Both the position numbers and the translations under genes were made by a program. Of a DNA stretch of 51,128 nucleotides, positions 1-10,366 are shown piece after piece. The notes under the pieces were generated by a model. The model did no database searches, was not told the DNA's origin, and saw only the letters and a program-made list of their open reading frames with translations. Location of the stretch: contig JAUCBJ010000104.1 of NCBI GenBank assembly GCA_032718475.1, positions 1 through 51,128 of the forward strand. Reading direction: 5' to 3'. Origin of the DNA: Nemertoderma westbladi. Taxonomy: Eukaryota > Animalia > Xenacoelomorpha. The first letter of the stretch is position 1. The number at the start of each line of letters is the position of its first letter.

Positions 1-2
1 GA

Positions 3-479
3 CGAATCAGCGGCAGATTTTAATACGAGAATTCGGGATTTGTAGTTTGAATCTGTTAGTTTTACTGAATGGAGGTAGCATAGGGCTTTAGATATAGCAC
101 CCGACAGTAGAGAGTCCGTACCAGAGGGCATGGTATTAGTATGCTGAACTGATTTCGAAATATGTTCAGTTAAATTTTCAGATAAATTGGCGCCGATTCT
201 CGTAAATTCCTCGTATTGACCATGACTGTCTGATAAGGTTTTACTTCCGGTATGGGTTTGTCTTGTTTTTTCACTATAAATAAATTCGACGCATTTGGTT
301 CCGGCAGCAATCACGCATATTTTGTTTCGGTAATGCATCAGCATATGGGCGTTTATAAAGGTCATAACGGCTTCGGCTAATGATGTTAGCGTGAATGAGT
401 TTATGTTGTTCGACCACCAAATATGATTACAGTCGATAATAATGACGACGATATTAGGAGATGAACTCTGCGCATCCAT
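3..479 (-). CDS. GTF2H3: General transcription factor IIH subunit 3 (p34/Tfb4), N-terminal 159 codons; runs off window start
   Basis: Manual translation from ATG at 479: MDAQSSSPNIVVIIIDCNHIWW...FTLTSLAEAVMTFINAHMLMHYRNKICVIAA...GQYEEF...DSLLSGAISKALCYLH...YKSRILVLKSAADS. This matches Tfb4/p34 vWA motifs as I recall them (VIVD.N.IWW, N.HL...NKLAVIA, LL.G...ALCYIH, SRILV.K). No stop in 477 nt. Confidence 0.93.
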   Translation of the reverse strand, partial: MDAQSSSPNIVVIIIDCNHIWWSNNINSFTLTSLAEAVMTFINAHMLMHYRNKICVIAAGTKCVEFIYSEKTRQTHTGSKTLSDSHGQYEEFTRIGANLSENLTEHISKSVQHTNTMPSGTDSLLSGAISKALCYLHSVKLTDSNYKSRILVLKSAADS

Positions 480-858
480 TACAGCATTATATACGCTACT
501 AGTATCGCCATATACTGAGACTGACTGACTGATATATATAGTGCAGTAGTGCTGTAGTGTCAGAGTGTAGCAATATCAGAATATAGCATCGGACGGTCCT
601 AAAGCGATACCGGTACCCCCATTAGCCCATCGAGTAATGGCAGTAAAAATGATTTTATTTTATTGGCGGAATATGCAATTATATTCGCTCGCATTTACCT
701 GTTTACTGATTAATATTTACGACCTTTGGTATATTTTATTATCGGATTTATGGAGATGGGCCATTATACTGTTATAACAATAGGCCTAGTGCTGTAGTGT
801 AATAGCTGAATAGGCCTACTGTAATATGCAATAGGATAGGCTGATATGCCTATACTAC

Positions 859-926
859 GGGTAAATCTTTTCGACCTACGCGTAGGCCTACGCGTAGGCC
901 TACGCGTAGGTCGAAAAGATTTACCC
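859..926. mobile_element. Minimal MITE family A, 68-bp perfect palindrome
   Basis: GGGTAAATCTTTTCGAC-(CTACGCGTAG x3, GC-linked)-GTCGAAAAGATTTACCC flanked by 8-bp direct repeat TATACTAC (851-858, 927-934); same termini as 4439-5542. Confidence 0.9.
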
Positions 927-1027
927 TATACTACCGGTATTGTGATTGTAACTTATGTTAGCTTAAGACCTGAAGACTGAAGAGGCCTAAGACTGTAAGA
1001 TGCGATATTTCGGTACCCCGTGCCCGT

Positions 1028-2051
1028 ACCGGTGTAACAGCGGATTCAGTCTGTCAGTCCCCCGAAGAATCGGTCCCCCCGGACCGGATCTGCTAGCGGA
1101 TTTAGTCCCCCCGGCAGCCCGGACCCAATCCACTAGCAGATTTGGTCTCCCTAGGACAGTAGGACCAAATCTGCTAGCGGATTGGGTCCTCGTTCACGGA
1201 TTTGGTCCCCCCAATGTTATTGCAATAAATTCAAAATACACTGCCAGAATGCTCCGTCTTCCTTATTGTCAATGATACAGTACTGCAGTACTGGCAGACC
1301 GGTTATTCAGTATGTATCGTTTATTGTTCTGGTTAGAAAACCTTGTCTGTGTAACCTGCTCCTCCCCAATTTCGTAGTACTGTAGTACGATACATTTATT
1401 GTAATGAGGTTATATTGTTTTAGCCTTTTTATTATTAGAAAATATCATCCTCCCCACCTGCAAACTAATAATATGAATGAACATGAATGAATATGAATAA
1501 CTGTTACTCAGTTGGGTTTAGGTGTAACAGTTGAACTGAATATACCAACCCCCCCCCCCCCCCCCCCCCCCCCCCCGAAAATACTATCAGTAAAACCATT
1601 TATATTAGGCCTAGGTAATTAATTCATTTAATTATTAATTAAACGAAATGACACCAACTGACCAATGACAAACCCAACCAAAGACACCTGACAACTCGAA
1701 CTACAGTATGATTATTACTGCAGTACTGTAGGGACAGTACAATATCTTCCTCCTCATCATGTAATCATCCCTCATCCATAATGAATCTATAATGTTGAAT
1801 TTTAATCAGTCTGCAGGTCTGACCGATAATTTAATGCATAAGCTACGCCTACGCTGCTATGTCCGTACCAGTACTGCTGCACTCAGCACTGTCTGACTGT
1901 ACTGTAAAATTATAATTTAAGGGGGGGACTCAATCTGCGGAGGGGGGACAGAATCCGCTAGCGGATTCGGTCCCCCCGGACTCAATCCGCTAGCGGATTC
2001 GGTCCCCCCGGACCATATCCGCGGGGGGACAGAATCCGCTGTTACACCGGT
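1028..2051. mobile_element. MITE family B (~1 kb non-autonomous DNA transposon)
   Basis: 20-bp TIR ACCGGTGTAACAGCGGATTC / GAATCCGCTGTTACACCGGT; subterminal repeats of CCGCTAGCGGATTCGGTCCCCCC at both ends; TSD not clean. Confidence 0.82.
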
Positions 2052-2509
2052 GTAGCAGCAAAAGCTGACAAGCCTTCAGAACTTAAATATATACTATATA
2101 CTGTAACGTAATACTGTAAAAATCTGATAATACCTGGTACCCTACCGACAGACATTACAGCATTACAGACAGACCTTACCGGTAATAACAGAATAAGACA
2201 TACCGCAGTACCGGGACGTGGGGACGGTATACAGGTATACCGGAACCGGGAGACCGGCCAGTACCGGTCCGTAACCGGTACTCTAGTCGAGTCAATGTAG
2301 CAAAAACCCATACGTATTTCGCAATCAACCCGAACCACATATTTTGGATTCTATACAGCTATATCTGTCTATGACCTTATAAATGTCCAAAAAAATGTCT
2401 ATAAAATTTTATTTTGCGGATTCTATATGTTTATTCATGGAAGTTCTGTCTGCGTAAATTTGCATAACACAAGCCAAACAAAAGGAACAGTAGGGAAAAG
2501 TAAGTAGCA

Positions 2510-2640
2510 AATTGGTGATGTTCCAGAATAATTTAATTAATTTCACAATAAGCTGTGATTCAATGGGAAATTAGTAATATTTACACTGGCGTGTTCACAT
2601 TAATTGCTATATCTCGGAAACTAGAAGTCGCATCAAATTT
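2510..2640. repeat. Dispersed repeat fragment; inverted homolog at ~26070-26190
   Basis: CAGAATAATTTAATTAATTT...GATTCAATGGGAA...GCTATATCTC...AACTAGAAGT occurs reverse-complemented at 26075-26185. Confidence 0.6.
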
Positions 2641-4438
2641 TTAAATATATCAAAAACTTCACGATATATTAAGCTAACTGTTTGTAAAAAAAATTATACA
2701 ATTCCACTGCAAGGAAATTTCATAAATTCCATTAATGCTAGTGAAGATTTTTCACATAGGCCTACTTCTGTACTTAAATTGGGATTGCTCTATTGATTTT
2801 AGGTGTAATTTATTTATTTGTTTTAGTTTAGAAACCACAATTGTTTATCATATAACAAATACATTTTTTGGGGATACGGGTTTTTGAGGTCGACAAATCC
2901 GATGGGCGAGGTTACATCCACCCGGTTAGTAGAGAAGTTGTGTAAATAAGGTCCTTATCTGTATATTGTACCAGCAAAATTGGTATTAAAAATGGTGAAA
3001 TTATTAGACAATTTTCCGTTGCTCTGGCAGTCTGGAAACTAAATTGGTAACTATATAAAAGTGCATACTTCTGACAATCGATACCGGTAGTCATTAGAGT
3101 AAAGTTTGTCTGTACCAAATTTGGAGAAAATCCCACCAATAGACCCCTTGTTGCTATGTAAAATCCATGTTGCTAAGGAAAGAAACAGGAAATTGAAGGT
3201 GATCCGCATAATATATTTTTATAGACTTTTTTGGGGGTATTAACAAGGTAATGTAGAATAAAAAAAAATTGGTTTGGATGAATTGCGAATTTGTTATGGG
3301 TTGACCCCCTTTTTTGGCTAGATTGACTCGCCTACTAATTAAAATTACTGAAAATTTATCTTTCACAATCCAAACATCTAAGGGCCACTACGATCACCCG
3401 ATCCAAGCTTTATGTTTACTAGAAGCAATGACGTTGTAGAGTACCCTGTAAAGAAACACTACGACCACCCAATCCAGACTTTGTGTCCTCTCAAGGATGA
3501 CCATAAAATAAAGTAAAGGAGTCAATCAAATAAACTGAGTATTCACGTACTATAATATTGATGAAAATAATGGTGATTTAATGACAACAATTATGGACTT
3601 TCTTTGACACCTGTTACCACGCACGTGATTTGGAATTCACTTTCCTCGTGTGATGTATGAAAAGTCCGGCGTCACCCTGAGGAATGCGTCCGCGCAGACT
3701 GCAGGGTGGTTTATGTTGATGATGCACGGTTGGATTTAATTGAAATTTGTTGAATGGATATGTTAACCTCCTAAAAGATTTATTATGGATTTCATTGTAA
3801 TCATCGCATTGGTTTTCACTCGAGCCCGCTGCTCTCATCGAATTTGTCTTCATTCCTTCATGTTGTTTGTTCCTGTTGGTTTTCACTCTAGGCGGGGGCC
3901 CTGGAGCGGTGTAACGAGCCCGCTGCCATTTCCAACTTGATTTCCCAGCAACCTATCTACAATATGTATTTCCCGAGGATGAAATATTCATACAGCTGAT
4001 GAAAGTTAAAGATAACTGAACATCGTTGATACTATTCCTGAATGGAACTTTGGTTCACCCAACATGGATCTTTGCGACTGATGTGTTAAAGCTGTGAGGG
4101 GTTTACACTCATATATGTTATGGTAGCCTGGGGGCTTTAAATCCTATGATAGCCTGGGGGCTTAAAAACCCAATAATAGCCGCGGGGGCTTAAAAACCAA
4201 AATACCTAAAAAAATACGAAAAATGTTTATAATGAGATAAAAAAGAATATAAAAAGGAGAAAATGATTGGAAAAAGAGAAAAAAAAGGTGTATAATGCGA
4301 TGGAAAATAATATAAAAAGGAAAATAATGAAGTGAAAAAGATAATGATAAAAAAGATAAAGAAATAAAGAATTACTAAAGAACGGACAAAATAAGTCATA
4401 AATAAAAGGACATAAAAAGTCATTTTGAATGTTAATTG

Positions 4439-5542
4439 GGGTAAATCTTTTCGACCTACGCGTAGGCCTACGCGTAGCTACGCGTAGTTTGTAACTTCCA
4501 TTCCTATCATTTACCGGTAGGGCCAGACTTACTGCCTATTTAACAACTACGCGTAGGTGTTTTAAAACTACGCGTAGTTATTTTGGAACTACGCGTAGGT
4601 ATTTTGAAACTACGCGTAGGTGCTACGCGTAGCTACGCGTAGCAGTCCTGATAACAATGATTTTTCATTTCAGGTCCGGTAGGGTTGAGTTGTTAGGCAA
4701 GTATCGGTATATTTCAGGTATCTGATTATCAGACAAGACAAATGTAATAACAGAATCGGAAACTCATATCCCTTCCTTGCCTTTATTAATCCTGTAATTA
4801 CAAACAAACACAGGATGAATAAAAAGTAAACTTAAAATTCACGTCTCATGATTCAAGTATCTTTGTTTCCATTGGATTATTTAAATATTGAACAGTAGTA
4901 AGCTACCAGTCTACCGGTGAAGAGGTTAAGCGAAAGCTGATAAATACTATTATTATATAAATATTGCATAAATATTGATAAATACTGCATATAATCAAAT
5001 TGTTTGGTCAAATAACAAGTGCAACCAATCATGGTAGACAATTTAGTCTCCCCCTGCAATAAAAAGCATAGAGAATCGATAAGAACCATCGGCCTATTTC
5101 CTTTGTAAACTATTTTTGAACTATAAACATTAATTATTAACACATTTTACCGCCCGCAACGCATGAAGTGAAGAATATGTAGTCTTCGCGTATTCCTCTA
5201 TATAGAGTATACAGGTATACAGTAGGATGCATTAATGTTGAAAGCATTTGATGGTTGTGGGTTGTTTATTGAACATACCGAATTGTGTCTTATTTTAGTA
5301 CTGACTCGCTTGGAATACGTAAGCCTACTAATGATAAACGACGTATAGGCATAGTTATGGGTAGCACCTATGCGTAGCTCGCGTAGGACCTACGCGTAGG
5401 ACCTACGCGTAGCTACGCGTAGCACCTACGCGTAGTTATTGTTAAAACTCTGAAACCGGTGATATATGACCCAATGTTGCGAACTACGCGTAGCTACGCA
5501 TAGCTACGCGTAGGCCTACGCGTAGGTCGAAAAGATTTACCC
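4439..5542. mobile_element. MITE family A, long copy (GG..CC ends, 8-9-bp TSD; Merlin- or MULE-like)
   Basis: Long TIR GGGTAAATCTTTTCGACCTACGCGTAGGCCTACGCGTAG; 9-bp TSD TGTTAATTG (4430-4438, 5543-5551); many CTACGCGTAG subterminal repeats. Confidence 0.9.
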
Positions 5543-5807
5543 TGTTAATTGAAAGCTTATGAATTAACGTGGAAAGTACTACTGGCCTACAAATCAGCAA
5601 TATACCTAATTCAGCAATGCATAACAGGAAAGACAGTTGCTGTGGAATCAGTATTTTCCAGACCTTTGATTTCTGGATTTTGTAACTTTCCTATTTTCAC
5701 CTGCAACAAATTAACAGAATTAATTACTGAATTACGTAACTATGACAGAAACATTACTGCACGAAATAGAATGGTATATTAAACTATTATGATATCACCA
5801 GCCCAGA

Positions 5808-6788
5808 GTGGAGGACTTTAAACAACATTGGAAAGAGCAACTAGTGGAGAATGTTCGAGTATTAAAGATCACCGGTCGAGAGGATGTCGATAGGAGGAAC
5901 TTGCATGCCCTGAAACTTTCTGGAGCTAGTACGAGCCTGAAAAGGACTCGGAAAGTAACGGAGGTGGATGGGCAGTGCTCGTTCTGGGAGGCCTTTAAAG
6001 GAGCCGTTGATGAGACAAGTTGCATTATCGACCGCGGTTTCGAAGGAACTCGAACTTAGGCGCTGCCAGGAGTTTATCGACAGTCACCCGACACTACTTG
6101 ACTACTACGGCGATCTTCGACAGTCGGAGGTGTTGTGTTCTACGCGGGTAGAAGATATAAAGTCTATGGAAGCCTACCAGGCGGAATACAACTCACAGAA
6201 CACCAGTCGATCAATGGTTGTAATCTTCGGCAAGTTTTAATCTGCCGAATTCCTCCACAATCCGAAGATAGACTGGTCGGAGCGTTATGGATCATACCCT
6301 CTGATATAAGAAACCTAATACTGCACAATGGGATCATCAAGATTGGCTCTGATATTAAGAGCGATCTACGTAGCGACTTTATCAGTGCGCTGAAAGATCG
6401 CAAACGGAAACTGGATGTCCTCACCCTAAACAACTTTGTCGATATGCAAGTGTTGCTTGCCTGGATGAGACACAGTAACTGTATGCAACCGTTCCGAGAC
6501 ATTAAGAAGAATAAGACCAGCTTAGGGTATCTAGCTGTACTGAATGGTGGTATCGATTTCAAACCCTACCGGTTCCAGGATTACCTTAAACTCTATCTCG
6601 GCCATGATGACCTATACGTTTCATCCAGGAAAGACCCGCATTGGTGCGATGTAGAGCGGGACTGTGCAATGTACTACCAATGGGAAAACCCCAGCGAACG
6701 ACACTACATATACGTCACCATGGAGTCGTTCACTTTCGGGACCTTCTGCTGTCGAGCGTTGAAAGCCTTAATCCAGTTACAACCCTGA
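5808..6788 (+). pseudogene. Frameshifted DEDDy-type 3'-5' exonuclease gene (copy 1, divergent)
   Basis: ORF 6135-6788 has IPSDIRNLILHNGIIKIGSDIKSD (ExoII region), FVDMQ, KTSLGYLA, and YQWENPSERHYIYVTME (ExoIII-like), collinear with 10367 and 40414 ORFs. Upstream part is split over three frames, so the 5' boundary and ExoI are uncertain. Confidence 0.72.
5903..5978 (+). ncRNA. Solitary copy of structured RNA motif found in the 7.7-8.5 kb array
   Basis: Core AGTA-CGAGCCTGAAAAGGACTCG-GAA (core 5932-5950) closed by ACTTTC/GGAGGT and GCATGCCC/GGGCAGTGC. Expression is not shown. Confidence 0.55.
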
Positions 6789-7712
6789 TCGTTCGACAAA
6801 TGCAGCCTGAAACAGGTTGCCGATCACGCCTTCCAAGCGGTTATCGACATCACGCTGGGAGAAACCCAGTCAAATAAACCCCAGGAAGTGGCGAAAGACA
6901 TGCCAACAGGATATTTCACCTTCCCGGAGGTGTTGGTAAAGAAGAAGAACCTCGCTTTAGCCACCAGGATCTCATTCTTTCCGCCATATTATTCGGACCG
7001 ACGGAAGTTATACGGCGTCTCTATTCGTACCGAGAGGAACTGGGATATGACCAATGGTTCCTTATCGCCCAAAAAGGAGAACTCGATAGACACATCGATC
7101 AGACACCATTGCCTCCCGCAAGCCCAGACAGGAGACAAGTGATGATGGTTTCCACAGTTTCCGATGAGCCTCCACCGGCAGCAGCACTCGATGAGGGGAG
7201 ATGGGCTAAGAAGAGGAAAACCTATAGAGAGAAGCACTCCAAATAGAACTCCCAAGGAACATTGTACCGTATATTTTAGGATTTCATATATAATAAATAA
7301 ACTCTAGGACTAAATAATAACTAAATAAAAACTGATAAAATTATGGAAAATGCCCCCCCCCCCCCCCCCCCCCCCCCCCCGCAGCTCCAGGAACGACGCT
7401 GCAAAGGGTCATTTGGGTGGAGTGTTCGCGTTATTTTCAACCTGGCCCCGGGTACCCACCGAATCACAAACTCATTCCAAATGAAAATTCCAAATATACC
7501 CGGGGATGGTGGGCAAAAAACTAGAAGTCTATAAAACCCAAAATTATTCGATTATGGGCTGTTTTCCGGGAAGGCTGACTATCAAATTGTCAGCTTTCCA
7601 AGGTTAAAAGGTGGCCCTGATATTCAAGGAATCAAGTACTTGGCTTCAGGTAGAGATCCTGACAGCCTAGCCTAGGCCGTGCGTCCGAGCCTAGAGCGAA
7701 GGGACAACCTAT

Positions 7713-8500
7713 TCCCCAGTGGGTTCTTTTACTGTGAGTAGTACTAGCCTGAAAAGGACTTGGAAACAAGCAGACCAGGAGGCCACGCAGCGGGAATTTG
7801 GTTTGAACTTCTCGGATTTCCCCAGTGGGTTCTTTTACTGTGAGTAGTACGAGCCTGGAAAGGACTCGGAAACAAGCAGACCAGGAGGCCACGGGGAAGG
7901 GAGGAGGGGTCAGTGGGAAGGGAACCGGACTTTGGACCGCCTGCGCGGTGCGCTAGTTCGCTGTGCGTAGTACGAGCCTGAAAAGGACTCGGAACCAATT
8001 GGCATAGCGCTCCGCAAAGGACCGACACTGACGGAGCGGGGTTTGTGATCTACGGAGTTATTACGAGCCTGAAAAGGACTCGGAACGCAACGGAAATCGC
8101 TCTCCTCTGCTCGCACGACCATGTGACTTACAGAGAGGATTATGGTCTACGGAGCTATTACGAGCCTGAAAAGGACTCAGAACGTGACGGAAAACCATAT
8201 TTCCTCCCTCGACCGACAGACATCGACGGACGGAGTGGTTTGCAGTCTACGGAGCTATTACGAGCCTGAAAAGGACTCGGAACGTAACGGAAAACTGCAT
8301 CCTCTCACCAGACACTACGGATATTAACGGACGGAGTCGACAGGTAGCTGACGGAGCTATTACGAGCCTGAAAAGGACTCGGAACGTAACGGAAGCTGTC
8401 TATCCTCACCCGACACCGACGGACAGAGCAGACTGCAGTCGACGGAGCTATTACGAGCCTGAAAAGGACTCGGAACGTAACGGAAGCTGTAGCCCCTCGC
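7713..8500 (+). repeat. Array of eight ~91-123-nt units with conserved hairpin core and variable but self-complementary flanks
   Basis: Core CGAGCCTGAAAAGGACTCG (or single/double variants) starts at 7744, 7850, 7973, 8064, 8161, 8261, 8363, 8454; flanks differ between units but pair across each core. Confidence 0.9.
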
Positions 8501-9566
8501 CAGACATGACAGACACCGACTAGACATGGGTATCAAACGTAGTTGGGGTGGTTAAAATCATATAAAGTAAGTCTGTCGTCCTATAAAGTAAATACTAAAT
8601 AAATTGTTTGTACTGTAGGTTTATTACTGATGTATGTGTTTATTCTAATTATTTGGTGTATGGGAGCCCCAAATTATTCAGAATCAGATTGTGAAGAATT
8701 AGTTGATGCAACAGTTCGTCTAAGGAATCAGTTAGCAGTGAATAAATTAACATTCAATCCAAACTATTCTTTTCTCACGATCTGCATTACAAATCCTAAG
8801 TTTCCCCAACACCAATAATTCCGGTGAATAGTATTTTGGGATCTAGCGCAACCCCTGGGAACTTACATCGGCGTCCATTCCCTTGATTCAGGAACTGACG
8901 GCAACAGTTCGCTATACCTTATTATGCAGGATGGCCCTCTTCGTGTTCAATAAGTTCGAACACATGTGATAAACAGAATATCACCTGTCGTAGGAGTGAT
9001 AGACGATATATCACTAAGAACAGGTGATATTCTCTGTGTATAATAAATAGGTAGGCATAAGGCATATGCCAGGCCTACGCCCTACCGATATTATTATTAA
9101 TTAATAAGTAAAACTAATATTAAATTAAATCAAATACCTGGTTAAAGTAGCCGTCCGTAGGCTCTAAATTAATTATTGGGTAAATAAAATTATGAACTTA
9201 TATTTCAGAATTGTTACTTTGTCTTTATGTTTAAAACTTTACTTTATGTTTAAAACCTAATAAATCATCGCCCTGCTGCTGGTTTAGGTTTTAACTTCAT
9301 CCTGTTTTGCGGTCTCACTGAAACAGACCGCGTAGAAGCAAGAGTCGACATATCCACGGCGGCATCAAAACTCCACTATAAGAGCCGCGACATGTCCAAC
9401 ATGAGACAGACACACCTCTCGAAACCAACCACTCCACGTGCAACGCGCCACCCACCATTCCCACCCACCCTTGTTTGTTGGCGCAACCCCAAATCCTCCC
9501 AGAAACCGCCGCCCACCAAGTGAAAAGGTGACTAGACGAGTACTATAGTCACCGACACCCACCAAT

Positions 9567-10109
9567 GGATCTAGGACACTTCCCCCCCGGACAGTTCACC
9601 CTGGACACTTCCCCCTCACCCAAGTAGGACACTTCCCCCCCGAACACTTCTTGCAACAATTTGAAGCAGTTTTTGGCACAATTTGAAGAAGACTATTATA
9701 ATACCTATATTTAAAACAATTAATTATTATAATTCTATAGTTAATAAAAACAGTATATCATTCGGGGGGTGGAATTTATAGGTCATCTAATTAATTGTTT
9801 AAAGATTAGCAAACAATACGATGTAATTGCATTGATAAAACCCATAAATAAAACTTGGATACAAAATGTAAAATCCGGATGCCAAAGATCACTTTCTGAG
9901 CTAAGAAAGGAAAATTGGATACGACTTGTCTGGATACAAGCGGTCCGTTTACCCTACAAAATTAAAAATAAGAATGTGCGAAGTTAAGAACAGTTGGGGG
10001 TGTGGAAGTGTACAGGGGGAAGTGTCTGGGGGGGGGGGGAAGTGTCTGGGGAGGAAGTGTCCTACTTGAACGGGGGGGAACTGTCCGGTGGGGGAAGTGT
10101 CCGCACACC
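9567..10109. mobile_element. MITE family C, copy 1
   Basis: GGATCTAGGACACTTCCCCC.../...GGGGAAGTGTCCGCACACC ends, subterminal GGACACTTCCCCCC repeats, TSD CCACCAAT (9559-9566, 10110-10117); interior homologous to 24900-25545. Confidence 0.88.
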
Positions 10110-10366
10110 CCACCAATCTCAAGGAAACGACACCCGGCCCATACAAAACGCAACCCCCCACCACATCACCGATTCACTATCCCACCCTACACCGACACAC
10201 CCCTTGTAACTTCCCACTTACATAACAATACAGTACTAATTTCCAAACCTCCATTACCGACATCCAATCAGACAACCCCAACCACAGACAGAACATCGAT
10301 CTGCACCCATTCTGGACCTTACAGGTTCACCCCCCTAATACCCCCCACAATACAATTACAATCGAT

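Noticed and set aside
7447-7513. H-type pseudoknot
   Set aside because: Connecting loops of 0 and 2 nt are too short for both stems to form together.
7740-8480. Hammerhead ribozyme in the repeat core
   Set aside because: CTGAAAA does not fit CUGANGA and the GAAA is a tetraloop; no three-stem junction found on either strand.
7713-8500. True CRISPR array
   Set aside because: Eukaryotic context, no cas genes, and spacers are related to each other and pair across the repeat rather than being independent acquisitions.
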